A DNA stretch of 20,000 nt. Source: an uncultured virus (IMG/VR IMGVR_UViG_3300029258_004661). Taxonomy: Duplodnaviria > Heunggongvirae > Uroviricota > Caudoviricetes. The stretch lies in the IMG/VR virus record IMGVR_UViG_3300029258_004661, positions 53,242-73,241 of that record; one strand, 5' to 3'. Below the pieces are notes generated by a model. That model did not search any database. It saw only the letters and a program-made list of their open reading frames with translations, and was not told where the DNA came from. Numbering within the stretch: position 1 is the stretch's first letter; the number at the start of each line of letters is the position of its first letter. Shown here one piece after another: positions 1-7,488 of the stretch. The position numbers and the translations under genes are program-made.

Positions 1-62
1 GGTAATGAAACAACAAACAAAGGCTATAAGTAAAAATATTATGCCACAATGGAAGGGCCATG

Positions 63-323
63 TCAACCCCCATGTGATCCATACGGCCTCGTTTTAGCAA
101 TTATCCTTTGGGTTATTTTTACATCTTCCATGAGTAGCCTTGGGGAGAACTGGTCACACTGCAACTCTTCAAGTTTAAGGCCGTCTCTGTCTTGATCGCC
201 GCGGTAGGCAAGCCCAAGGCTCTTGTTGAAATACAAAAATATCCATTCAAGTTCCTTGGCTGTAAACCGCACTGATTCATATTGCGTTTGAACTGCTTCC
301 GGTTCCGATTTTTCTTCTTTCAT
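63..323 (-). CDS. hypothetical protein (86 aa, MKEEKSEPEAV...)
   Basis: ORF 63..416; internal ATG at 323 preceded by purine-rich GAGGG; fits the minus-strand operon. Confidence 0.55.
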   Translation of the reverse strand: MKEEKSEPEAVQTQYESVRFTAKELEWIFLYFNKSLGLAYRGDQDRDGLKLEELQCDQFSPRLLMEDVKITQRIIAKTRPYGSHGG

Positions 324-543
324 TTTCCCTCGCCCTTTTCGCCTTATCTCGGTCGGATAAAACTTTCTTGCAAAAATCAACAATATCTTTTTGCTTGAAC
401 TGCCAATACCGACCAATTTTCTCCGCCTTTAACCTTCCAGCTCTGGCGTAATCAAGAAGATCATCCGGGCTGACGTCTTCTCCTATGGCATGGCTGAACA
501 CGTGGGCAGCTTCTTTTGTTCTGAGGAAAACTTCTTTTGGCAT
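277..543 (-). CDS. HTH_17 / excisionase-like DNA-binding protein
   Basis: LRTKEAA...VSPDDLLDYARAGRLKAEKIGRYWQFKQKDI matches the MerR-like/excisionase winged HTH pattern; AGGAGG RBS upstream. Confidence 0.75.
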   Translation of the reverse strand: MPKEVFLRTKEAAHVFSHAIGEDVSPDDLLDYARAGRLKAEKIGRYWQFKQKDIVDFCKKVLSDRDKAKRARENERRKIGTGSSSNAI

Positions 544-545
544 GA

Positions 546-779
546 TTAGCCTCCTTTGTCTTCATTGTTTCCTTTTTTGGTGGGAATATTCAGGAACGCA
601 CAAAGGTCTTCCGCAAAACTTTTTGCTTTATCAATCGGCAGGGTTATTTTACTCAACATAGTGTCGAATTTTTTAAACCGAATCTGAACATCATCAACAC
701 CGGGGCTTGGATTGGCAGAGCTAATTTCGTGCGTTATATCTTCTGGCTTTTCCCTTTTTGTGAACTTCCTTCTTGCCAT
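546..779 (-). CDS. hypothetical protein (MARRKFTKREK...)
   Basis: ORF 546..815; ATG at 779 after GAGGAAG; ends next to the RBS of the following gene. Confidence 0.6.
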   Translation of the reverse strand: MARRKFTKREKPEDITHEISSANPSPGVDDVQIRFKKFDTMLSKITLPIDKAKSFAEDLCAFLNIPTKKGNNEDKGG

Positions 780-1080
780 TTTCTTCCTCGTTATTCTCGG
801 TGAATATACTGGCAATATTAAACTTGTTTAGAAGCTCCTGCGCCTCAAGCACGAACTGTTTAAACTCTTCATTTTTTAAGCCACAGTTTAACTCCTTATT
901 GAATTCAGCAAGATGCTCAGATGCAAAATCAAACACTAGCTTTCCACCTTCATCAATATACTTCCTGAGAAGCTTTCTGTCAACGCCTAAAACGTCCATA
1001 ACCCGGTAGGGGCATTCATCTCGCATGGGGCAATAAATGCTTAAAAAAATCTTAATCAGCTTCACAATCAGGTGGCTCAT
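721..1080 (-). CDS. hypothetical protein
   Basis: 119-aa ORF with GGAGG RBS; overlaps its neighbours as expected in an operon. Confidence 0.6.
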   Translation of the reverse strand: MSHLIVKLIKIFLSIYCPMRDECPYRVMDVLGVDRKLLRKYIDEGGKLVFDFASEHLAEFNKELNCGLKNEEFKQFVLEAQELLNKFNIASIFTENNEEENGKKEVHKKGKARRYNARN

Positions 1081-1327
1081 ATTTTCCTCCGCTTTTAAGT
1101 TTCTTAAGTCTGTTAATATATAACTTTAAAAGATTCAATCTGTTAAACTCGCGAAGAGTCTCATCCGTATAGTATCCCTTAACGGCTACAACAGCCCCAA
1201 GGCTGGCTGGGTCTGGGTAAACATCAACGACTACCGGGGTGTTGAAATACTCAAAAAGAGAACGCATCTCATCGGCAAGGGTATTCCCCTCATAGCGGGT
1301 TATTAAATAATAGCCTCTAAGGCGCAT
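1052..1327 (-). CDS. hypothetical protein
   Basis: ORF 1052..1375; ATG at 1327 overlaps the end of the upstream gene; start uncertain. Confidence 0.55.
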   Translation of the reverse strand: MRLRGYYLITRYEGNTLADEMRSLFEYFNTPVVVDVYPDPASLGAVVAVKGYYTDETLREFNRLNLLKLYINRLKKLKSGGKYEPPDCEAD

Positions 1328-1766
1328 CAGGATCCCCCGTAAGCCACTTTTCCATTGAGCTAGGGGAAACCTCAATAAGCAGCCTTAAAACGTCATCTAG
1401 GGGCATCTGGGCAAGCATTTTAATGGTTTTTTTCACTATTCCATTGAGGTCACTGTTCAGCGCCCCCATTACAGGGTATTCTTTCCTGATTTCGTTGGCA
1501 AGATCCATAACACTCGTGTGCTCTTTCTGTTTTACAGTAACTCCCATGTAATTATCCCTTTCAAAGTGTTTGCAATTTTGTGGTCTGTCAGGAGGCAAGT
1601 ATGCCTCTTGTGGTGGCGACTCTTTTACTGACTTTCTAGCAAAGCACTCCACAAGCTTAAAAGCAATGCCGTTTTCATTTTCCCCAAAAAGAAAAATCGG
1701 TTCAAGGTCAGCGTGAATGCAGTTAAAGCAACATATAGAGTTTTCGTCAACCATTTTACTCTTCAT
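1317..1766 (-). CDS. hypothetical protein with Cys-rich N-terminus (CCFNCIH...C...CKHF)
   Basis: 149-aa ORF in the operon. Confidence 0.65.
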   Translation of the reverse strand: MKSKMVDENSICCFNCIHADLEPIFLFGENENGIAFKLVECFARKSVKESPPQEAYLPPDRPQNCKHFERDNYMGVTVKQKEHTSVMDLANEIRKEYPVMGALNSDLNGIVKKTIKMLAQMPLDDVLRLLIEVSPSSMEKWLTGDPDAP

Positions 1767-1923
1767 CTTCGTTTATAATATCATTAATCAGGTCGTTTCC
1801 AAAGAAGCCAATTACACTCTTTGACATATCACCAAGCTCGTCATGGTCTTCAATATGGACAGTTGCAAGGCGCAGTATGTTTTCGAGAACCTCTATTGGA
1901 ATAACAAATGGTATTTTGCTCAT
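1756..1923 (-). CDS. small acidic hypothetical protein (55 aa, MSKIPFVIPIEVLENILRLATVHIEDHDELGDMSKSVIGFFGNDLINDIINEDEE), not in the ORF track
   Basis: Manual translation; AGGAGA RBS 5 nt before ATG; stop overlaps the start of the next gene. Confidence 0.7.
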   Translation of the reverse strand: MSKIPFVIPIEVLENILRLATVHIEDHDELGDMSKSVIGFFGNDLINDIINEDEE

Positions 1924-1942
1924 GTGATTCTCCTAAAAAAAA

Positions 1943-2144
1943 TTGCTTGCTGCGCGGTCCGCACAATGGGTTTAAGGGATCAGCAGTTGTGGCCAAGCAA
2001 CAAAAGATCCCGCTATGGGTTAACTTAACTGGTGCCTCGCCAGAACCCCAATTCCATAGGGGTGTTTTTGCCATAGCTACCATTAAGCCGGGTACGGTCC
2101 GGCGGGTCAGGCTAACCACTTCATTCCCACCGCACAGCAAGCAA
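1943..2144 (-). ncRNA. candidate structured ncRNA or cis-regulatory RNA (~200 nt), family unassigned
   Basis: 16-bp closing stem (2129-2144 with 1943-1958; one G-U pair, which works only on the minus strand) enclosing at least 5 nested helices; followed by a U8 tract. Confidence 0.6.
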
Positions 2145-2150
2145 ACTGTT

Positions 2151-2252
2151 TCAGTTCTCAACATCAAGGCTTACACAAGATATTCCATGATATGTATAGC
2201 ACACCACGCCGGTTTCATGATCGTAGTGGGCGCAGTCAACGCAGCGAATCAT
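2151..2252 (-). CDS. small Cys-rich peptide (33 aa, MIRCVDCAHYDHETGVVCYTYHGISCVSLDVEN), not in the ORF track
   Basis: ATGA overlap with the stop of 2249..2461; similar to the C-terminus of 2474..2722. Confidence 0.55.
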   Translation of the reverse strand: MIRCVDCAHYDHETGVVCYTYHGISCVSLDVEN

Positions 2253-2461
2253 TTAAAGCCGACCGTAACTTTAATGCCAGTAAATATCTCGTTACCCTGA
2301 TACTCTTCAGTTTGAAACTCGGAAGACTTAATGCGTATCCTCTTAGGGTCGTGCCCCGCCTTGGCAAAGCGGCTTATGACCTCGGCTGTTACGGCATCAA
2401 ACACCTCTTCCTTGCTCAACATGACGGGGATCAGGTTTTCCGTTGTTTTTGGTTGCGCCAT
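2249..2461 (-). CDS. hypothetical protein
   Basis: 70-aa ORF with AAGGAG RBS. Confidence 0.7.
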   Translation of the reverse strand: MAQPKTTENLIPVMLSKEEVFDAVTAEVISRFAKAGHDPKRIRIKSSEFQTEEYQGNEIFTGIKVTVGFK

Positions 2462-2473
2462 TTTAATTCTCCT

Positions 2474-2722
2474 TTACATCAGGCTTACGCAGGAAATAGC
2501 CCGCACGCTTGTATAGCAGGCAACACCAAGCTCTTGATCGTAGACCCTAAATAGCCCCTTTGCAATTTCTTTGTCCTCAAGCATGACCCCCTCGGCTACT
2601 GGGTGATACGATCCCCAAACCGACGAAGAAATAAAGCTGGCTATGCTGAAGAAAATAATAGCGATAACAAGAGCTATAGTAACATTCCCAAAAAACCCAA
2701 CAAACCCAACAGGCTCTTTCAT
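2474..2722 (-). CDS. small membrane-anchored protein
   Basis: N-terminal hydrophobic helix (VTIALVIAIIFFSIASFI); AGGAGG RBS; first gene after the promoter at 2753-2781. Confidence 0.7.
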   Translation of the reverse strand: MKEPVGFVGFFGNVTIALVIAIIFFSIASFISSSVWGSYHPVAEGVMLEDKEIAKGLFRVYDQELGVACYTSVRAISCVSLM

Positions 2723-2752
2723 ACCAAAACCTCCTTTATTAAGGGAAGGGCT

Positions 2753-2781
2753 ATTATAACAAACTATTTCAGTTTTGGCAA
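2753..2781 (-). promoter_or_regulatory. sigma70-type promoter
   Basis: TTGCCA-17bp-TATAAT with extended TG, ~30 nt upstream of the 2722 start. Confidence 0.7.
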
Positions 2782-2840
2782 TTAACAGTATTTTAAGATT
2801 TTAATATTTTTTCTTAACCTTATTTACTCCCCCGCCTGGT

Positions 2841-2960
2841 TTACTCCCCCCGCCTGTCTAGGCTGCCCTCTTCAACAAGAGCCTTCATATGTTCCTCTAC
2901 ATCAAGCAGGGCTTCCAGAATCGCTTTCCTCTTTTCTTTATTCAACCGTACAATTTTCAT
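2841..2960 (-). CDS. small hypothetical protein (39 aa, MKIVRLNKEKRKAILEALLDVEEHMKALVEEGSLDRRGE)
   Basis: Manual translation; AGGAGAGG RBS. Confidence 0.55.
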   Translation of the reverse strand: MKIVRLNKEKRKAILEALLDVEEHMKALVEEGSLDRRGE

Positions 2961-2977
2961 AATAACAACCTCTCCTT

Positions 2978-3372
2978 TTAGCAGAGTTCTTCCCATACTT
3001 CCTCTAGTACTTCATAGAGTCGTTTCGCACAAAGATATTTCGCCCTGTCAATTCGCTTATGCTCGGCATTTATTTCTTTAATCGTATTCGTCCCACCAGG
3101 AGTCAAATTTTCACTCTCAATTTCTGACGCAATAATTCCACATCCGCTATCCATAATTCCGCAAGGACAAGCAGAGCAAATTCCAGCATGCGCCTGACAA
3201 AACGAGCACGGTGCCACCCTTCACCCTTCCACATACTGCGGCGAATGTGCATAAACTCGAAAGCCACCCAAATCTCGCTCTCCAACTTCCCAATCCACCT
3301 CCCGCTGTAATACTTAACCAGCAGATCCCTCATTTTCTCTGTAATCTCCGGCACAAAAAATCTCTTTCTCAT
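2978..3372 (-). CDS. Cys-rich hypothetical protein, possibly one frameshifted gene (ORFs 3103..3372 and 2978..3217)
   Basis: AAGGAG RBS before 3372; the downstream frame carries CSFC...CSACPC...C; frames overlap near 3217. Confidence 0.45.
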
Positions 3373-3453
3373 ACTCGTTTCTCCTTTATCAAATTTCTCT
3401 TTAACTAAACCTTCTCTTTACATACCTTCCCAGCGCACCTTTAATGAGGTTAC

Positions 3454-3482
3454 AATATAAAATACTTAAAAATCGGTGTCAA
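3454..3482 (-). promoter_or_regulatory. sigma70-type promoter
   Basis: TTGACA-17bp-TATATT in an intergenic region. Confidence 0.65.
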
Positions 3483-3508
3483 GAAAAAAGGGGTCGTTTA
3501 AGGAAGGA

Positions 3509-4744
3509 TTAAACTATTACGGCTTTACTCTTTTTAAGGACAAATTTAATACAAGCTTTATTGTAGGCGTTTGTTTTCTCTAAGACCTTCTTATTACATA
3601 TATACATACCGGAAACCCTACCTTCCGCGTCTATATACCTGTTTAGCTCTTTACCAAGGTAACGGCAATCTTTACAAAACCCAACCTTATAGTTTACACC
3701 TATCGCTTCAAGTACCTTTCCCATACCAAGCTTTTCTATACAATACCAATAATGTTTTGGGTGAGTATGATACAGTCGCTGAAATCTATTTTCTCCATAC
3801 TCAAGATGCACGCCGAAGGCACAAAATATACAACCTGTATTAGCATACCCCATATCGTATATTTCCGAGTAATCAAGATTAAATCTATTAATATACTCTA
3901 CAACATCCTGCTCCACCCAAAAAGCAATAGGGGTACTGGTAGGTCTGTAGTTACGGTAAACATTACATCCATTCATCAGATAGTTAGTAGTCCTCAGGCG
4001 AGAGTCATCCGCCATCGTCCCGATTATACCCGCCCTGTTATTCTCCTTAATATACTTCATAATCGGAGCCTTCTTCATTACCATACAACACCTATCTGAT
4101 ATCTTAAAATCTGCATCAATTAAATACTTCCACTTCTCCGGTAGCCGACCCCGACCAAACTTATCCCCATACAACCTTTTCTTAAGTACCTTCTCGCTAC
4201 GAGTATTCTGAATATCATACAACTTAGCAGCACTCTCCTTACTAATAATCGGATACCCATATTTCTCTATAACCTCAAAGAAAGGCATCTTCGGCCTCAA
4301 CCACGTTACGTTCTCTACTCGTTTAACAAATTTTCTTATTTCAGGAAATTCCAGTCCAGTATCTACAAACACCGCCGGGACCTCAGGATACATACTTCTT
4401 ACTAAATGTAACAAGGCCGTACTATCCTTACCCCCAGAGAACGATACATAAATGCGCCCGTTCCAATGCCTATACCACTCTTCTATACGATCCTTACTCA
4501 TTCTTATCTTAATCTCTAACGGCAACCCCTGCCGCTCTTTCAATTCCCACCTCTTATCCTCTGCATCTTTTATATTTCCACCTCTAACCTCTCCCGGCAA
4601 CCGCCTATTCTTATCCAGCTTCATTTTCCTCTTATCTCTCCTCTTCATAAACTCCCTAACCACCCTATCTTCTTCTCTCCCCTTATCTACAACTTCCTTT
4701 CTCTTTCTCTTCTCTTTCTCCACGAAACTCTCCTCCGCAAACAC
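3509..4744 (-). CDS. phosphoadenosine phosphosulfate (PAPS) reductase family protein, phage type; true start may be downstream
   Basis: PP-loop SFSGGKDS, VFVDTGLEFPE, CC..MKK.P and TGCxxC Fe-S-type motifs; extra C-terminal Cys cluster. Confidence 0.85.
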   Translation of the reverse strand: MFAEESFVEKEKRKRKEVVDKGREEDRVVREFMKRRDKRKMKLDKNRRLPGEVRGGNIKDAEDKRWELKERQGLPLEIKIRMSKDRIEEWYRHWNGRIYVSFSGGKDSTALLHLVRSMYPEVPAVFVDTGLEFPEIRKFVKRVENVTWLRPKMPFFEVIEKYGYPIISKESAAKLYDIQNTRSEKVLKKRLYGDKFGRGRLPEKWKYLIDADFKISDRCCMVMKKAPIMKYIKENNRAGIIGTMADDSRLRTTNYLMNGCNVYRNYRPTSTPIAFWVEQDVVEYINRFNLDYSEIYDMGYANTGCIFCAFGVHLEYGENRFQRLYHTHPKHYWYCIEKLGMGKVLEAIGVNYKVGFCKDCRYLGKELNRYIDAEGRVSGMYICNKKVLEKTNAYNKACIKFVLKKSKAVIV

Positions 4745-4786
4745 AACTTCCAGGGCGCATTAAATATATGTCTGTAATAATGAAAT

Positions 4787-4816
4787 ATAATACCCGTAAA
4801 TTGGACGGCTTGTCAA
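4787..4816 (-). promoter_or_regulatory. sigma70-type promoter
   Basis: TTGACA-18bp-TATTAT upstream of the PAPS reductase gene. Confidence 0.5.
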
Positions 4817-4838
4817 ATAAATAAGTCTTTGATAATTG

Positions 4839-4880
4839 GTCCATAATTAGTCCATAATTAGTCCATAATTAGTCCATAAT
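4839..4880. repeat. 11-bp tandem repeat GTCCATAATTA x~4
   Basis: Copies start at 4839, 4850, 4861 and 4872 (partial). Confidence 0.9.
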
Positions 4881-5199
4881 AAATGAAACAAAAGGGAGAT
4901 AGGGTGGGGGTATGTGGGGGTATGTGAAATCTTTTAACATCCACTTATTAATGGACACATTGCGTCATAAATGCGCTAGGGGTTTAAAAAGGGGACAAAC
5001 ATTTCACATCATTCACACCAATTTCACATCATTCACATCATAGGACATTTATAAAGTTATTTAGGGGGTATTTAGGCGTGTTTTGTTAGGGGTAATACTC
5101 GGGGGATATTGAAAAAATTGGGACGGTTTTTTTGCAGACAGGTACTTACTTTGGGGAGAATATAGTGTGTTTTGGCGAGGTTTTGGCGAGTTTGTTAAG

Positions 5200-5265
5200 C
5201 TCGTGGGATATTGAAAAGAGACTCGTGGGATATTGAAAAGAGACTCGTGGGATATTGAAAAGAGA
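5200..5265. repeat. 22-bp tandem repeat CTCGTGGGATATTGAAAAGAGA x3 (iteron-like)
   Basis: Copies at 5200, 5222 and 5244; degenerate copy near 5098. Confidence 0.9.
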
Positions 5266-5423
5266 AGAGCGATTATTTGTGAGGAGGGACACATCACAGC
5301 CATGCCCATTTTGGCTATGCGCATATATTAATGTGACAATTTTTTCCCATATTGAGAATCAAATTGACACTTTGACACTTTGACGCAACGCGTCAAAAGG
5401 TGTTAACCAGTGAAAGCTGTCAA

Positions 5424-5846
5424 GCTGGTGCCGTGCTGGTGGCAAGGCAGGGGGCGTGCTGGTGGCAAGCCTGGTGGCGTGCAGGGGGCGTGCTGGTGGC
5501 AAGCCTGGTGGCAAGGCAGGGGGCGTGCTGGTGGCAAGCCTGGTGGCGTGCAGGGGGCGTGCAGGGGGCGTGCTGGTGCCGTGCTGGTGGCGTGCTGGTG
5601 GCGTGCTGGTGGCGTGCTGGTGGCCGTGCTGGTGCCGTGCTGGTGGCCGTGCTGGTGGCGTGCTGGTGGCGTGCTGGTGGCGTGCTGGTGGCGTGCNNNC
5701 TGGTGGCAAGGCAGGGGGCGTGCTGGTGCCGTGCTGGTGGCAAGGCAGGGGGCGTGCTGGTGGGCGTGCTGGTGCCGTGCTGGTGGCCGTGCTGGTGGCG
5801 TGCTGGTGGCAAGGCAGGGGCAAGCCTGGTGGCAAGGCAGGGGCAA
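5424..5846 (+). repeat. GC-rich ~11-bp unit array (GTGCTGGTGGC and variants) with ~18 exact GCTGGTGG octamers; contains an NNN gap
   Basis: Direct reading; NNN at 5697-5699, so the real length is uncertain. Confidence 0.9.
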
Positions 5847-5847
5847 G

Positions 5848-5884
5848 AAAAACGCGCCTGTTAAAAAAAAATAACAGGCGCGTT
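5848..5884 (-). terminator. intrinsic terminator
   Basis: Perfect 13-bp stem AACGCGCCTGTTA/TAACAGGCGCGTT with a T-run on the minus strand, just after the 5908 stop. Confidence 0.75.
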
Positions 5885-5907
5885 ATACCGCGGGCGCGGG
5901 CTAAAAT

Positions 5908-6732
5908 TTATTTCTTGATGCAGAAATTTTCGGTGTAGAAAGCCTGAAGTTTTTCCCACGCGGTTGAATAACCATATTTCCCACCATGGGTTATGCGTTC
6001 ACAGGCAATACCCATGTTTGACATTTCCTTCGCTGAGCTTCCGAATTCACCCGAACGTGCGGTGAATATCACGCGTGATGTAGGTTTCGTTTGGCCGCGC
6101 TCAAAAATGCGAATTGAAGCTTCCTTGCCCGCTTTTAGGTTCTTCGCGGTGAGAATGAAGCGGGCATTATTCAGCCGTGGCCGCAAAAATTCAACCGCAC
6201 CGAACGCGCTTGACACAATTGGTATGTTGTTAACGTCAACTTCTTTTGTGCCGCGCTCAACCTCAATGAGTGAATTGTTGAGTGTTAAAACCGGTTGGGT
6301 TGCTTCACCCATTCGCGCGGCCGCGGCCACAAGCTTCATATATTCCGCGTGTACTTCAGGCGCGCTTTCGGCCAGCTTTTCTTGAACCTTCTTTTTGACC
6401 GCGGGCGTAGCGTCAACTGCCGCGTCAATGATTGCCTGAGCCTTGACGGCCGCGGGCGCGGGCGCGTCACTCAATTTTTTAGCCGCGGTGTTTGCTTCAC
6501 TTTCAGCCGCGGTGTTTTCAGGCGCAGGCAACACGCCCGCGGCGCGTGCCGCATCAACCGCGGCCGCATGGTTCTTTTCGGCAACCTTAAGCGCCTTGCG
6601 CGCGGCAACCTTGCTTTTTCCTTTTGCCACCTTAAGCGCGGCCGCGGCATCAAAAAGCACCTTTTCGGTTTTTTCAATGTTCAAAATCAATTCTTCTTTT
6701 CTTGCCTTTGCCGTTTTGATTTTTTCTTGCAT
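5908..6732 (-). CDS. Ala/Lys-rich protein (274 aa) with a globular C-terminal domain of unknown function
   Basis: ORF 5908..6861; ATG at 6732 with AAAGGA RBS, downstream of a sigma54 promoter; has its own terminator. Confidence 0.8.
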   Translation of the reverse strand: MQEKIKTAKARKEELILNIEKTEKVLFDAAAALKVAKGKSKVAARKALKVAEKNHAAAVDAARAAGVLPAPENTAAESEANTAAKKLSDAPAPAAVKAQAIIDAAVDATPAVKKKVQEKLAESAPEVHAEYMKLVAAAARMGEATQPVLTLNNSLIEVERGTKEVDVNNIPIVSSAFGAVEFLRPRLNNARFILTAKNLKAGKEASIRIFERGQTKPTSRVIFTARSGEFGSSAKEMSNMGIACERITHGGKYGYSTAWEKLQAFYTENFCIKK

Positions 6733-6815
6733 GGTGTTTCCTTTCTGCCCGCGGCGCGGGCTAGTTGAGGTTGCCATTATTGACAACCTGTAAAACTTAT
6801 GTGCGCGGTAAATAC

Positions 6816-6831
6816 TGCAACTCATATGCCA
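6816..6831 (-). promoter_or_regulatory. sigma54 (-24/-12) promoter P1
   Basis: TGGCA-TATGAG-TTGCA. Confidence 0.75.
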
Positions 6832-7136
6832 ATACATGAAAAAATAAGCTTTTTTCGTCATTTTTCTTTTCGGGCTAATTTTTTAGGCAATTGCCTAACT
6901 TATTGAATTTAAAGGCAAACGGTTGTTTTATACGGCCGTTCAGGGTGTATTTTCTACCCCCCCCTCAGCCAAGACATCCTTAGTTGGCATTACATATGTC
7001 CGATCTTGAAGTCCTTCCCCGACTCGTATATCACGAGCTCCTGAAAGAGTAATCTGGTCGAAAAGTGACAAGGAGCGGCACTCGTATGACTCTTTACGGC
7101 ACCTCGGGTCCAGGGCTCGGTCCTCCGATTTCGACC

Positions 7137-7291
7137 TCGGATTCGACATCTTTATCTTCCGTCCGGGTTACGAGGCAGAAGGTCGGATTCGACATCTTTA
7201 TCTTCCGTCCGGGTTACGAGGCAGAAGGTCGGATTCGACATCTTTATCTTCCGTCCGGGTTACGAGGCAGGAGGTCGGATTCGACATCTTT
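7137..7291. repeat. 46-bp tandem repeat x~3.3 (ATTCGACATCTTTATCTTCCGTCCGGGTTACGAGGCAGAAGGTCGG), with degenerate copies to ~7400
   Basis: ATTCGACATC recurs at 7141, 7187, 7233 and 7279; no unique spacers. Confidence 0.9.
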
Positions 7292-7488
7292 TAAAGAGGT
7301 CTGGGTTACGAGGCCCGACCTCCGATTTCGACATCTTTATTTCGACATCGGGTTACGAGGTAGGATTACGACCTCTTAGAGCGAACCCTGCGTTACGAGC
7401 CTAGATATCCAAACCCGGTACGGAAGGATAGCCACCAGTTTCCTCCTTCCTCTGGCGGCCTCTTGATCGGGCGGGCGTTAAGGCAGGT

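Noticed and set aside
1943..2144. Retron msr-msd (a1/a2 inverted repeats)
   Set aside because: The closing stem is similar, but there is no reverse transcriptase in the window and no long msd hairpin; kept only as an unassigned RNA.
1850..2167. 105-aa minus-strand ORF and plus-strand ORF 1908..2300
   Set aside because: No convincing RBS; they conflict with the RBS-led 55-aa gene (1756..1923) and with the nested RNA helices.
5295..5325. Additional sigma54 promoter (CAGCCATGCCC resembles P5), also TTGGCAT at ~6984
   Set aside because: No correctly spaced -12 TGC element.
5359..5938. Six overlapping ORFs (PPARHQH / ACWWRAGG repeats)
   Set aside because: Open in all frames only because the repeat lacks stop codons; no RBS; lies beyond a strong terminator.
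7137..7400. CRISPR array
   Set aside because: The 46-bp units are contiguous near-identical copies with no unique spacers, and there are no cas genes in the window.
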